A stretch of DNA of 64,000 bases. It comes from an uncultured delta proteobacterium. Its GTDB lineage: Bacteria > Desulfobacterota > Binatia > UBA9968. Below the pieces are notes generated by a model, which saw only the letters and a list, made by a program, of their open reading frames with translations, was not told the origin of the DNA and did not search any database. The first letter of the stretch is position 1, and the number at the start of each line of letters is the position of its first letter. Below are positions 1 through 9,779 of the stretch, piece by piece. The translations under genes were made by a program, and so were the position numbers. The stretch covers positions 1-64,000 of the forward strand of contig CAWDPO010000013.1 of assembly GCA_963804165.1 (NCBI GenBank), given 5' to 3'.

Positions 1-187
1 GGACGCGAACCTTTTCTTGACGAATTGGCTTTGATATAGCGTGCCGCGATGCCTCGAGTAGCGCGCATGGCTCCGGGTGAGCTGGTTGATCATCCTCTGG
101 ATCAGGCGAACGTACGAGCCGAACTTTTTTCAAAACCGGGAGACTATTTCGGGTTTGAACGACACGGAAGTTCTGCGGAGGTTTAAG

Positions 188-1228
188 ATGAAACGTCTCA
201 GCCGTTGGCTGGCATTTGTTTTTTCCGGGCTTGTTCTTTTCCCCAGCATCGGCAGCACGCAGGCCCCTTATTACGCGGGGAAAACCATTACCGTCATCGA
301 AGGAAACAGTGCGGGAGGTGTCGCCGACTTAAGAACTAAAGCTATCGTGCAGTTTCTGCAAAAGTACATTCCCGGAAATCCGACGATGGTTACACAATAT
401 GTTCCGGGAGGAGGGGGCCGACAGGCGGCCAATCACGTCTATCGCGCAGCCGCGGATGGACTGACGATCGGCGCCTGCTCGCCGGGCGTGCTCTCGAGCG
501 CCGTGCTCGGCGAACCCGGTGTCGACTACGATCCTTTCAAGTTCATCTTTCTCGGGTCGCCTTTCAGCGAGAACAATAATATGTTTGTCACCCGAAAAGC
601 TCTCGGCATCAACAACTTGGAAAAATTGCGCGCCGCTTCGGGGATCCGCATCGGCGCCCAATCGGTGGGACACGTACAGTACATTCGCGGACGGCTGTTC
701 GCCTGGCTCTTGGACGTAAAAGATCCGCGATTTGTCGTCGGCTACTCAGGAACCGAGCTGGACATAGCTGTGGAGCGAGGCGAAGTCGATGCGCGAGCGG
801 CGGCGCTGGACACGCGGGTGCTGTCAGAGTCCTACAAAAATACCGTCGATTTCCATGCCATCCTGGAGATTCCCAAAGGACATCGTCCCCCTCAATTTGC
901 CCATTTGCCTGAAATCGAAGCCTTTGTGCGGTCCGACATCGAGCGCCGACTCATGGCCATGGCGCGAATTTTTTGGGGCGTCGGAACGCTCAAGTATCTG
1001 CCTCCGGGCACACCGGAGAAACTCGCCGAGATCCTCAGGCAAGCCGTTCGCGATACTTTCAAAGATCGCCAATTTCACGAACAATATAAAAAAGTTATTG
1101 GAGTCTATCCGACACCGCTGATAGGGGAGGAGCAGCAGAAACTTGTTGCGTCACTGCCGCGGGACAACGAGGTCATCAAGGTTTTTAAAACCATCTCTGG
1201 GATGGATCCCCTTCCGCCACGCAAGTAA
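188..1228 (+). CDS. Tripartite tricarboxylate transporter substrate-binding protein (TctC/Bug family)
   Basis: Signal peptide, then YYAGKTITVI..AGG..D, IPGNP..VPGGGG..AAN..DGLTI motifs; ATG at 188 follows GGAGG. Confidence 0.85.
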   Translation: MKRLSRWLAFVFSGLVLFPSIGSTQAPYYAGKTITVIEGNSAGGVADLRTKAIVQFLQKYIPGNPTMVTQYVPGGGGRQAANHVYRAAADGLTIGACSPGVLSSAVLGEPGVDYDPFKFIFLGSPFSENNNMFVTRKALGINNLEKLRAASGIRIGAQSVGHVQYIRGRLFAWLLDVKDPRFVVGYSGTELDIAVERGEVDARAAALDTRVLSESYKNTVDFHAILEIPKGHRPPQFAHLPEIEAFVRSDIERRLMAMARIFWGVGTLKYLPPGTPEKLAEILRQAVRDTFKDRQFHEQYKKVIGVYPTPLIGEEQQKLVASLPRDNEVIKVFKTISGMDPLPPRK

Positions 1229-1271
1229 TGAACTGTCATTGCGCGGGGGCGGACCGACGCGAACACGCGGC

Positions 1272-1350
1272 GCCTTCTTGTCGCTCGTTCAACCGTTCAA
1301 GCGTTCAACAGTTCAACGTTGGAACACTAAAAAGACAGTTCCAATCGTTT
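1272..1350. repeat. 79-bp GTTCAA-rich intergenic repeat, copy 1 (copy 2 at 7604-7682)
   Basis: Near-identical to 7604-7682, about 5 mismatches by eye. Confidence 0.85.
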
Positions 1351-1390
1351 TCTACGAACTTCAGCCAAGATATCCAGGGCAACTCTCCGC

Positions 1391-1420
1391 TTGACATCAT
1401 CTAGCGGGCGGTCATAGGCT
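1391..1420 (+). promoter_or_regulatory. Putative sigma70 promoter
   Basis: TTGACA-N18-TAGGCT upstream of the SBP at 1501. Confidence 0.4.
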
Positions 1421-1500
1421 CTCTGTGAAATGTCCCCGTTCTTCACTGGATCCAAGCGGATTAATGCCGGCTAAGGCCGGGTCGGATCATTTAGTTACCA

Positions 1501-2622
1501 ATGAAAGTCGTCGCCGTCCTCTGTAGCTTCGGCCTCCTCTTCGTCCTTGCGTCGAAGTCCCCGGCGCAGACGAATTGGAAAGGTGATTGGGAAAAGCTGG
1601 TGAAGGCAGCCAGGGAAGAGGGCCGGCTAACCGTCTACGGCACTACGGTTTTCGAGGACGTTTTCAAGTTTTTTCAGAAAGCCTATCCCGAGATCAAGCT
1701 CTCGTTCGTGGTCGGCCGCGGCGCGGAGATCGCGCCGCGACTCATGCAGGAAAGACGAGCCGGGAAATATATCGCGGATATTTACACCGGCGGCATGCAC
1801 AGCGCCTACGAGCTCTTTTATCGCAACAAGCAGTTGGATCCAATTCCGCCCGCGCTCATCCTGCCGGAGGTGTTGGACGAATCAAAATGGTGGCGCGGCA
1901 AACACCAATACATCGATCAGGAGAACCAGTATATTTTTCTGTTCGAGGGCACCGTCCAGGGCGGCGGCATCTCGTACAACAAAAACCTCGTCGACCCGGC
2001 AGAGTTTAAATCTTTTTGGGATCTGTTGCAGCCGAAGTGGAAGGGCAAGATCGTGGCGGTCCACCCCCGCATGCCGGGAATGATCAGCCAGAACCTCACG
2101 TTTATGTATCATCATCCAAAGCTCGGCCCGGAATACATCAAAAAGCTCTTCGGCGAGATGGACGTGACCGTAAGTCGTGACGACGCGCAGATGATCGATT
2201 GGCTGGCAAGCGGAAAATTCGCACTAAATTTCTTCGCTCGAGCCGTCGGAGTCGCAGCAGGCAAAGGGCTCCCCGTTCGCGAATTTTTCGCCGGGAGTTT
2301 CAGAGAGGGCGGCTTCGTCAATCCTATGAACGGCTCCGTGAGCCTTCCCAGTCAAGCGCCTCACCCCAACACGGCAAAGCTCGCGTTGAACTGGCTTCTC
2401 TCCCGCGCCGGACAAATCGCCTTTCAAAAGGCCACCTTCGAGCGCCCTGGCAGCGAAGGCGCGGATTCTTTGCGAGAGGACATTCCCAAAGACGATGTCT
2501 TCCCGGCGCAAAGGCGCGCTCCAGGAGTCGAATATCTCGTCACCGCGCGACCCGAGTGGATGAATATGAAGCCGATCATCGATGTCGCGGAGAAATCATT
2601 GAACGAATCGCAAAAGAGATGA
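1501..2622 (+). CDS. ABC transporter extracellular solute-binding protein (Fe3+/thiamine/polyamine-like)
   Basis: Signal peptide; AAREEGRLTVY, WDLLQPKWKGKI, APHPNTAKL..NWLLSR.GQ motifs. Confidence 0.85.
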   Translation: MKVVAVLCSFGLLFVLASKSPAQTNWKGDWEKLVKAAREEGRLTVYGTTVFEDVFKFFQKAYPEIKLSFVVGRGAEIAPRLMQERRAGKYIADIYTGGMHSAYELFYRNKQLDPIPPALILPEVLDESKWWRGKHQYIDQENQYIFLFEGTVQGGGISYNKNLVDPAEFKSFWDLLQPKWKGKIVAVHPRMPGMISQNLTFMYHHPKLGPEYIKKLFGEMDVTVSRDDAQMIDWLASGKFALNFFARAVGVAAGKGLPVREFFAGSFREGGFVNPMNGSVSLPSQAPHPNTAKLALNWLLSRAGQIAFQKATFERPGSEGADSLREDIPKDDVFPAQRRAPGVEYLVTARPEWMNMKPIIDVAEKSLNESQKR

Positions 2623-2691
2623 ACCCAGACGGCTAAGCCGCAACCCAATATCGGGAGATCTCGCGTAAGCACGCGAAGCTCGCAAAATTAG

Positions 2692-2872
2692 AAAATTCGA
2701 AATCCGAATATCGCAATTCGAAACAAACGATGAGGCAAACAAAATCAAAATATCAAATCATCCAAACATCGAAGAGTGCTCGTTTCGAATCGTTTTTCGT
2801 TTTGGTCATTTGAATTGTTTCGAATTTCGGATCCTTCGACCGTGCTCAGGAAGGTTTCGAGCTTCAAATTTT
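2692..2872. repeat. Long imperfect inverted repeat (TTCGAA-rich intergenic element)
   Basis: AAATCCGAA..TTCGAAACAA arm pairs with TTGTTTCGAATTTCGGAT arm. Confidence 0.6.
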
Positions 2873-2931
2873 AATTTGATGCTTGCCGCGAGGAATATCA
2901 GAGAGTTGCGACCCAGGGAGTTTTAACGTCT

Positions 2932-3948
2932 ATGGCTAATCTAAGGTTGAGCTTCATTACTGGACCTCATGAAAGAGTGATGCCGCTGCTCGATGGCAGG
3001 GTAAAGATCGAAGGCGTCGAGGATCTTACCTACACGATTTCTGATCCATCGATCACATTCTGGCGCCAACTCACATTTGGAGAATTTGAACTATCCGAAA
3101 TGTCGCTCTCGAGCTATCTGATCGCGAGATCCAAAGGGATGGATATGATTGCCATCCCCGCTTTTCCGGCACGCCGTTTCATGCACTCCGAGCTCTCTAT
3201 CAACGTCGACTCGGGAGTTAAGAACCCCCAAGACCTTATTGGTAAGAGAATCGGTGTGGGGGATTACCAGCAAACATCAGCACTCTGGACTCGCGGTGTT
3301 CTCGAGCACGATTTTGGCGTGTCTCAGTATCAAGTTGAGTGGTGGATGGAAAGGTCCGAGGACCTTAGCCATGGCGGCGCGACGGGGTTTGTCCCTCCTC
3401 AAGGGATCAAGTTCCAGCGTATCCCGGAGAATAAGAGCTTGGCATCTATGCTTGTTAACCACGAGCTCGATGCTGCTCCGGTGGGCCGCGCTTTTAGACC
3501 GGAGCAGAACATCGTCGACCGCTCCACAAGGATACGAGCGTCGGGCGGCGATTGGAGCAAAGTGAAACCTCTCTTTCCAGACAAAATCGCCGAAGGCACG
3601 AGATTCTTCAACGCACACGGCTTTATCCCCGCTAATCACACAATCATTATCAGGGGTGACGTCGATAGGAAGTATCCGTGGCTTGCTTTTAATTTGTACT
3701 CGGCGTTGTTGGAAGCGAAGAAGTTGGCAGAGGAAACACTAGCGAGACGGATTCCCCAGAGCTTAGTGTTCGGGCCCGAGTATTTGGCAAAGACACGCGA
3801 GATTTTTGGTCGAGATCCTTTCCCCTACGGTGTTGAGCCGAATCGACAATTTCTCCAGACAACTATCGATTTCTCCCATGAGCAGGGGCTGACGCCCGCC
3901 AAGGAACAAGTTGAAGACCTTTTCGCTCCCAGCACTCGCACGGTGTAG
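2932..3948 (+). CDS. 4,5-dihydroxyphthalate decarboxylase-like protein (periplasmic binding protein fold)
   Basis: PLLDGRVKIEG, EFELSEMSLSSY, FPARRFMH, YQQT..W.RG.L, DPFPYGVEPNR motifs. Confidence 0.75.
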   Translation: MANLRLSFITGPHERVMPLLDGRVKIEGVEDLTYTISDPSITFWRQLTFGEFELSEMSLSSYLIARSKGMDMIAIPAFPARRFMHSELSINVDSGVKNPQDLIGKRIGVGDYQQTSALWTRGVLEHDFGVSQYQVEWWMERSEDLSHGGATGFVPPQGIKFQRIPENKSLASMLVNHELDAAPVGRAFRPEQNIVDRSTRIRASGGDWSKVKPLFPDKIAEGTRFFNAHGFIPANHTIIIRGDVDRKYPWLAFNLYSALLEAKKLAEETLARRIPQSLVFGPEYLAKTREIFGRDPFPYGVEPNRQFLQTTIDFSHEQGLTPAKEQVEDLFAPSTRTV

Positions 3949-3980
3949 CGAAGCAAACTCCCGCTAGAGAGGAGATCGTC

Positions 3981-5243
3981 ATGTTGAGCGTTGAAGAGAA
4001 TGAGATGTTGACCAAAGTCGGCGCTGGAACACCCGTTGGCGAGTTGATGCGCCGCTATTGGCACCCGGTCGCGACCTCTCAGGAGATCAAAGAGAATCCG
4101 GTGAAGGCAGTTCGCCTGCTCGGCGAATCGTTGACCCTGTTTCAAGATCGCCAAGGTCGGTTGGGTCTGATCGATCAGCGTTGCGCTCACCGGCGTGTAG
4201 ATTTGAAATACGGCATACCCGAAAACGAAGGCTTGCGTTGCCCCTACCACGGGTGGTTGTACGATCGTACGGGGCAGTGCCTCGAGCAGCCGGCCGAGAC
4301 TGAAAAGACGACATTCAAAAATACCGTCAAGCTAAAAGCATACTCGGTGCAGGAGCTTGGTGGACTTGTGTGGGGCTACATTGGTCCACAGCCCGCGCCG
4401 CTGCTCCCTCGCTGGGATCTGTTCGTGTTCGATGATGTTTTCCGGCAAATCGGCACCACGCTGCTGCCCTGTAACTGGCTGCAATGTCAGGAAAACGCCG
4501 TGGACACCGTCCATACCACTTATGCTCACGGGCATTTCGGGCTTTATGCGATTGAGCGCCGCGGGATTACCGATCAGCGAAAAATCAAAGGCTTCCAGCG
4601 CATCAGTCGCCCTCACAAAGAGATTGCCTTTGATTATGTTCCGTTCGGAATTCAGAAACGACGCCTGATCGTCGGAGAGCCGGAAGATAATGAACGATGG
4701 ACAACGGGACACCCGATGATTTTTCCCAATTACGTGCGCATCGGCCAACCCGGGTATGCGGAGTTTCAGATTCGTGTTCCAGTGGATGACACCCACACCT
4801 GGCATTTGGGATACCAGGTTTTCTTTCCAGGCCCGGACGTTGACGTGCCGAAACAAGATCCAGTGCCCGCCTACGAAGTGCCGATTCAGGATTTGCCAGA
4901 TTTTATCTTGGGCCAGGACCTACTCTGTTGGGTCGCACAAGGAGAAATTCTCGATCGATCGAAGGAAAGATTGGGCGAATCGGACCGCGGTCTCGTTATG
5001 TTTCGCAATATGCTCAAAGAACAAATAAAAATTGTTCAGGAGGGCGGCGACCCGATGAACACTTTTCGCGATCCGGCGAAGAACGAGCGTATCGATGTCA
5101 GCATGGAAGATCGCGGGGGGCCGGACACGTACGAAAAAGGCGGCGTTCGTTACATGAATCAAGGAACTTATCCCACCGTGCTGGATCAAGTTGATGATCT
5201 AATGACTAAGGGCGCCGAAGCAGCGCGAAGAGCTCGGCAGTAA
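3981..5243 (+). CDS. Rieske non-heme iron oxygenase, alpha subunit (phthalate 4,5-dioxygenase/LigXa-like)
   Basis: CAH-X16-CPYHGW Rieske motif; EN..D.VH...AH mononuclear Fe motif; GTPVGELMRRYWHP N-terminus. Confidence 0.9.
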   Translation: MLSVEENEMLTKVGAGTPVGELMRRYWHPVATSQEIKENPVKAVRLLGESLTLFQDRQGRLGLIDQRCAHRRVDLKYGIPENEGLRCPYHGWLYDRTGQCLEQPAETEKTTFKNTVKLKAYSVQELGGLVWGYIGPQPAPLLPRWDLFVFDDVFRQIGTTLLPCNWLQCQENAVDTVHTTYAHGHFGLYAIERRGITDQRKIKGFQRISRPHKEIAFDYVPFGIQKRRLIVGEPEDNERWTTGHPMIFPNYVRIGQPGYAEFQIRVPVDDTHTWHLGYQVFFPGPDVDVPKQDPVPAYEVPIQDLPDFILGQDLLCWVAQGEILDRSKERLGESDRGLVMFRNMLKEQIKIVQEGGDPMNTFRDPAKNERIDVSMEDRGGPDTYEKGGVRYMNQGTYPTVLDQVDDLMTKGAEAARRARQ

Positions 5244-5255
5244 AAGAGACGAAAG

Positions 5256-5497
5256 ATGAAAGCGGAAGCAGCAACCACTAAGTCGCGAGGAGACTACAAA
5301 GCCCTTCGAGAATATTTAGAACTGTTGGAGTCTGCCGGTCTTCTACATCGAATCAAAGCCGAAGCAGACCTCAACCACGAGATCGGAGCGAGCGCCGCTT
5401 GGTAATTAGAGCGAAAGGGACCGGCTCTGCTACTTGAACACGCCAAAGGATATGCCGTAAGCCGCTGGTGACCAATATCATTTCCACGACGGAACAG
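5256..5497 (+). pseudogene. N-terminal remnant of a UbiD-family decarboxylase
   Basis: Translates as ..LREYLELLESAGLLHRIKAEADLNHEIGA..W*LERKGPALLLEHAKGY..PLVTNI; internal TAA, frameshift, truncated. Confidence 0.65.
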
Positions 5498-5522
5498 GAC
5501 GGAATAATTTGGAGGGTTTTCG

Positions 5523-6395
5523 ATGGAACCGGTTGCGAATGATTTAACCCACCGTATAGCAGTTATTACTGGCGGAGCTAGAGGGATGGGAAGGGCCTAC
5601 GTCCGGGCATTTCTCTCGGCAGGAGCGAACGTTGTTGCTACAGATAGATCGTGGTCTGGTGCTGAGGAGTTTAGGGAAGAACTCAAAAGTCACGACAAGA
5701 ACGTCTTGATTGCGGACATGGAAGTCACGGAGGATGCTCAGATTGACCAGACGTATCGGGCCGCTTTGGATAAGTTTAAGACGGTGGATATTCTGGTTAA
5801 CAATGCTGCGATGCGTTCACGCGATTTATACCCACCGAAAGGACGGGCGACGACGCTTGAAACTAAAGATTCAGATTGGGAGAGGCTTTTCAAGGTTAAT
5901 GTGTTCGGTGCCCTGAAAGTTATCAGACGATTCATTCAGCCGATGATCGAGAAACGCAAGGGAAGCATTATCAGCGTGGTGAGTAGTGGAATACTAAATC
6001 ATTCCCATGGAGGAGGCTACGTCGCGCTCCGGCCTAACAGCATGGAAATGCCGTATATGTCCTCCAAAGCGGCGCTCGCCACACTGAGCTTTTACCTCGC
6101 CGATGAGGTGAAGCAGTTCAATGTCGCGGTCAACACAATTATTCCCGGACACACTCGAACCACCGGGTTTGACGAACAGAATCGAGTCCGTCTGCAATCT
6201 GGAGGAAAGGCGGGACCTCTCCCGGTCGTACCCGAGCATGTGACACCGCTCGTGTTACACTTGGCCTCGCAAGATGCGACCGGAATTACCGGGCGCATGT
6301 TTGACGTGATGCAATGGAATATCGAACATGGTATCGGCGGGCATGAAAAATGGGCAGATAAGTCCTTTTCTTACGACCGCTTGATGTCACGCTAA
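5523..6395 (+). CDS. Short-chain dehydrogenase/reductase (SDR)
   Basis: TGGARGMG, DILVNNAA, YMSSK motifs. Confidence 0.9.
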   Translation: MEPVANDLTHRIAVITGGARGMGRAYVRAFLSAGANVVATDRSWSGAEEFREELKSHDKNVLIADMEVTEDAQIDQTYRAALDKFKTVDILVNNAAMRSRDLYPPKGRATTLETKDSDWERLFKVNVFGALKVIRRFIQPMIEKRKGSIISVVSSGILNHSHGGGYVALRPNSMEMPYMSSKAALATLSFYLADEVKQFNVAVNTIIPGHTRTTGFDEQNRVRLQSGGKAGPLPVVPEHVTPLVLHLASQDATGITGRMFDVMQWNIEHGIGGHEKWADKSFSYDRLMSR

Positions 6396-6814
6396 CCTCA
6401 ACAACTCCTGACTGGAGTTCGATCAATAGCTCCTAAGGATGAGAATCCGAGGAAGTGTTCCGGCGCCTTCGGTTCTGCAGCGCTTCATTAACGATTTCAT
6501 TCACCGGCCCCATGTCGATCCATTCCGGCCGTCCTAAATAGATGTACCTTCCGCTGTTTTTTATAGAAATTCTCGCAGATCTAGAAAAGGAAATAAAGCA
6601 AAGTCGTACGCCCGAAGGTTGTCGGGAATATCGCTCTTAAGGGGAAGGAAAAAAGGGGTCAAGTCCGCTGTTTGCTTTTTATTGGTATCGTTCTCAGCTG
6701 ACCACGCGGACGCAGCTCGCCGTATTCGCTATTTCTTCTGCGCCAATTCCTTGGCGGCCTCTGTCGGTGATCGGCGACGCCTGTAAGTTATGAAAATGTG
6801 AAGCTAGATAGGGC

Positions 6815-7726
6815 ATGGATATTACAAGAATAGACCCACGCGCTGCGCTGTTCGCGTGTCGAGCGCAGCGCAGAGGGTCCAAAGAGCGCCTCCAACAAAT
6901 TGTTTCATGGGCGCCTGCAAACGCCTCCCGCGCTCTCGACGTCGGCTCGGGAACAGGCGCGCTGGCTCTCAAACTAGCGAGCCGTGCGTCCTTCGTTGTC
7001 GGGATCGACACTTCGCCAACGCTGTTGGAATTGGCCCAAAAAAAACAACGGGAACCCGGAGAAGCAAACGTCACTTGGGTGATCGCGAGTGCCGATGCGC
7101 TCCCTTTCCGTGCTAGCGCTTTTGATTACATCACAAGTACATATGCGTTGCGCTTTTCCAACCTACAGCGGAGTTTACCCGAAATACGGCGAACGATCAG
7201 ACCGGGCGGCCGGGTCGCCATTTTCGATTCGGTAACGCGGCCGGCACGCTTTGGTTTTTGGCTGAATTACTGTCGGGATACTATGCGCCTTGCCCCGCAA
7301 TTGCTGCGGTCCTACGGCGTTCGGGGGATGTGCCGAATTGTTGCCTATAGACTAACTACCGCGGGCGTGCAACATACGCGTGAGTCCCGCACATTAGCCC
7401 CGGCGGATTTTATGGAAATATTTCAGCGCTATTTCCCTGAGCAAGAAATGAATTATCTTTTCGCGGGAAGACTATTTTGGCAAAATGGTACCGAATCCCG
7501 AGACAGGCACAATCAGACTAGCGAGACATTGATCCAGCTTGCAACATTGCCGCCGAGTTTGACGCCGGAGGAGGGATTCCAGAGGCAGGTCTTGCGTTGC
7601 GCCGCCTTCTTGTCAGTCGTTCAACCGTTCAAGCGTTCAACAGTTCAACGTCGGGACACTCAAAAGACAGTTCCAATCGTTTCAATAGTTTCAATCGTTC
7701 CAGGAGGTCAACGCATCGTTCGGTGA
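6815..7726 (+). CDS. Class I SAM-dependent methyltransferase (3' end runs into a repeat; true end uncertain)
   Basis: ALDVGSGTG motif I, ADALPF..AFDYI, IRPGG; C-terminal tail is the translated GTTCAA repeat. Confidence 0.7.
   Translation: MDITRIDPRAALFACRAQRRGSKERLQQIVSWAPANASRALDVGSGTGALALKLASRASFVVGIDTSPTLLELAQKKQREPGEANVTWVIASADALPFRASAFDYITSTYALRFSNLQRSLPEIRRTIRPGGRVAIFDSVTRPARFGFWLNYCRDTMRLAPQLLRSYGVRGMCRIVAYRLTTAGVQHTRESRTLAPADFMEIFQRYFPEQEMNYLFAGRLFWQNGTESRDRHNQTSETLIQLATLPPSLTPEEGFQRQVLRCAAFLSVVQPFKRSTVQRRDTQKTVPIVSIVSIVPGGQRIVR
7604..7705. repeat. GTTCAA-rich repeat, copy 2
   Basis: Matches 1272-1350, followed by extra GTTTCAAT units. Confidence 0.85.
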
Positions 7727-7953
7727 CCTTGGCCGCGTTGGAATATCCCTCCAACGGATTACTATAGTCGAGTGCGTCGGACAGAGCTGGACATCTGTCC
7801 CCGGCTTCGGTAAGAGGCTTTTAAAGTTGTGCCTATCCCTCGATCTTTTCCTCGAGTCGGCGTTTGTCGTATCGTGAGGATGGATGGCAGGTAATCTTTG
7901 AGATACCTCGAGACAGTTCAGCTTCGACAAACCGAAATGAAAGACCCGAACCG

Positions 7954-9231
7954 ATGTTGAGCGACGAACAGAACCGAAGGTTGACGCAGATCGGCGCTGG
8001 CACGCCGATGGGAGAGTTGCTTCGGCGCTACTGGATGCCCATCGCCGCGGTGGCCGAGTTGGACGACAAGGCGACGAAGCCTGTGCGCCTGCTGGGCGAG
8101 GATCTCGTCCTTTACCGTGACCAAGCCGGCACCTATGGTCTCTTGGACCGGCACTGCGCGCATCGCCGCGCCGACCTATCCTATGGATGGGTCGAGGGCT
8201 GCGGGCTGCGCTGCAACTACCACGGCTGGGTGTGGGATCACACCGGCAAGTGCTTGGAGCAGCCCTTCGAGGAGGTCGCGAATCCCGAAGCTCACTTTAA
8301 GGACCGCGTGCGTATCAAAGCGTATCCCGTGGAGGCCAAGGCCGGCTTGTTGTGGGCCTACCTGGGACCGCCGCCGGTACCGCTCGTGCCCACCTGGGAG
8401 CCTTTCATGTGGCGCAACGGCTTCGTTCAGATTGTCTTCTCGGAAGTCCCCTGCAATTGGTTTCAGTGCCAGGAGAACTCGATCGACCCCGTGCACTTCG
8501 AGTGGCTGCACAGCAACTGGGTGCGTGTCTTGCAGGGTGACAAAGGCCCGAAGCCGCCGACCCATCTGAAGATCGGCTTTGAAGAGTTCGAGTATGGGTT
8601 CGTCTACCGCCGTGTTCTGGACGGTCAGTTGGAGTCCGACGAATTGTGGACCGTCGGGCGCACTTGCTTGTGGCCGAACTGTCTCTTCACCGGCGGCCAC
8701 TTCGAATGGCGCGTGCCCATCGACGACGAGAACATGCTGAGCGTCGGCTGGTTCTTCGACCGGGTGCCAAACGAGATGGAGCCGTTCATGCAGGACCGCA
8801 TCCCTTACTGGTACAGCCCCATTACCGAGGCGCGCACGGGGCGCTGGATCACCACGCACGTAATGAACCAGGACTTCGTCGCCTGGGTGGGCCAGGGCGC
8901 TCTCTCCGATCGGACCCAAGAGCACTTGGGCGAAAGCGACCGTGGCGTCATTATGATGCGCAAGCGGATGCTGGAGCAGACCGAGCTTGTGGCCCGCGGC
9001 GGCGAGCCCAAGGCGGTGATCCGCGATCCGGTGGAGAACGCCTGCGTGCAGCTCCCGATCATCGGCCGAGAGTACTTCGTCGGCGGCTACTCCCGAACGG
9101 ACGGCGACAAGCGGCGCGGGCGTACGCCGGGCTCGCCCCAGCGTAAGGACTTTCCCTTCTTGACCGGCCAGCCGGAGGAGATCCGGCAGGCCTTCCGCCG
9201 CGCGATGGGGCTCGACGCCGAAGTAAGCTGA
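7954..9231 (+). CDS. Rieske non-heme iron oxygenase, alpha subunit (paralog of 3981-5243)
   Basis: MLSDEQNRRLTQIGAGTPMGELLRRYW; CAH..CNYHGW; ENSIDPVHFEWLH. Confidence 0.9.
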   Translation: MLSDEQNRRLTQIGAGTPMGELLRRYWMPIAAVAELDDKATKPVRLLGEDLVLYRDQAGTYGLLDRHCAHRRADLSYGWVEGCGLRCNYHGWVWDHTGKCLEQPFEEVANPEAHFKDRVRIKAYPVEAKAGLLWAYLGPPPVPLVPTWEPFMWRNGFVQIVFSEVPCNWFQCQENSIDPVHFEWLHSNWVRVLQGDKGPKPPTHLKIGFEEFEYGFVYRRVLDGQLESDELWTVGRTCLWPNCLFTGGHFEWRVPIDDENMLSVGWFFDRVPNEMEPFMQDRIPYWYSPITEARTGRWITTHVMNQDFVAWVGQGALSDRTQEHLGESDRGVIMMRKRMLEQTELVARGGEPKAVIRDPVENACVQLPIIGREYFVGGYSRTDGDKRRGRTPGSPQRKDFPFLTGQPEEIRQAFRRAMGLDAEVS

Positions 9232-9323
9232 GGATCTTTATTCTGGTCAAAGCTCGGAGTCAGGTCTATTATCGAAGCACAAGCGGACACTGGACTCGGC
9301 AGATTGGCAAAGCGAGGAGCGCC

Positions 9324-9496
9324 GCATTCGTATCAGGCTTGACAGATAGGAAAGATTGCCGCACCACGAATCTAAACTACGGTCACTCTCGAAATAGCTA
9401 GGCAAACGTCCGGCCTAGTCAAAAATCGGAACCGTCGATCACCGTTTCATGCTTGACGATCCACCTTTTTCGTCCTGACGAATTTTCTGCTTGTGT
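9324..9496. repeat. ~170-bp diverged direct repeat, copy A
   Basis: Aligns with 10819-10998 (GTATCAGG.TTGACAG..GATAGGAAAGA..CTCGAAATAGC.AGGCAAACGTC.GGCCTA..GATCACCGT.TCATGCTTGA.GATCCA..TGACGAATTTTCTGCTTGT). Confidence 0.8.
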
Positions 9497-9688
9497 TCAC
9501 TGGTGCCTGGCTTTCCACTCTAATCAATGTTTAATTTCCGCTGCGCATGACTCTAGGCCGAGGAAATTTGCCGCTGCCGCAACAGTCTCGCGCAGCGCAT
9601 GCACACGTCGATGCCAGCCATCGATTCTTCCCCGATGATGCGATTCCGTTGACTCAACTTATTTCGTTTTTTGCTTCCATCAGCTTTC

Positions 9689-9718
9689 TTGACACCTTCG
9701 ATGCGGCGGTCTTATGAT
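9689..9718 (+). promoter_or_regulatory. Putative sigma70 promoter
   Basis: TTGACA-N18-TATGAT about 60 nt upstream of ATG 9780. Confidence 0.55.
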
Positions 9719-9779
9719 CGCGCGCTATTGGTCGGCTGAGAGGGTTGTGTCCATAGTCTGGTCACGGGAGGTGAATAGG

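Noticed and set aside
5400-5410. Stop-codon recoding in the UbiD fragment
   Set aside because: The stop is TAA, followed by a frameshift and truncation, so this is a pseudogene
9370-9425. c-di-GMP-I (GEMM) riboswitch resemblance (TCGAAA..GCAAA..TCCGGCCTA)
   Set aside because: The stem around GAAA does not pair and the second copy is more degenerate; needs an Rfam scan and is not supportable by eye
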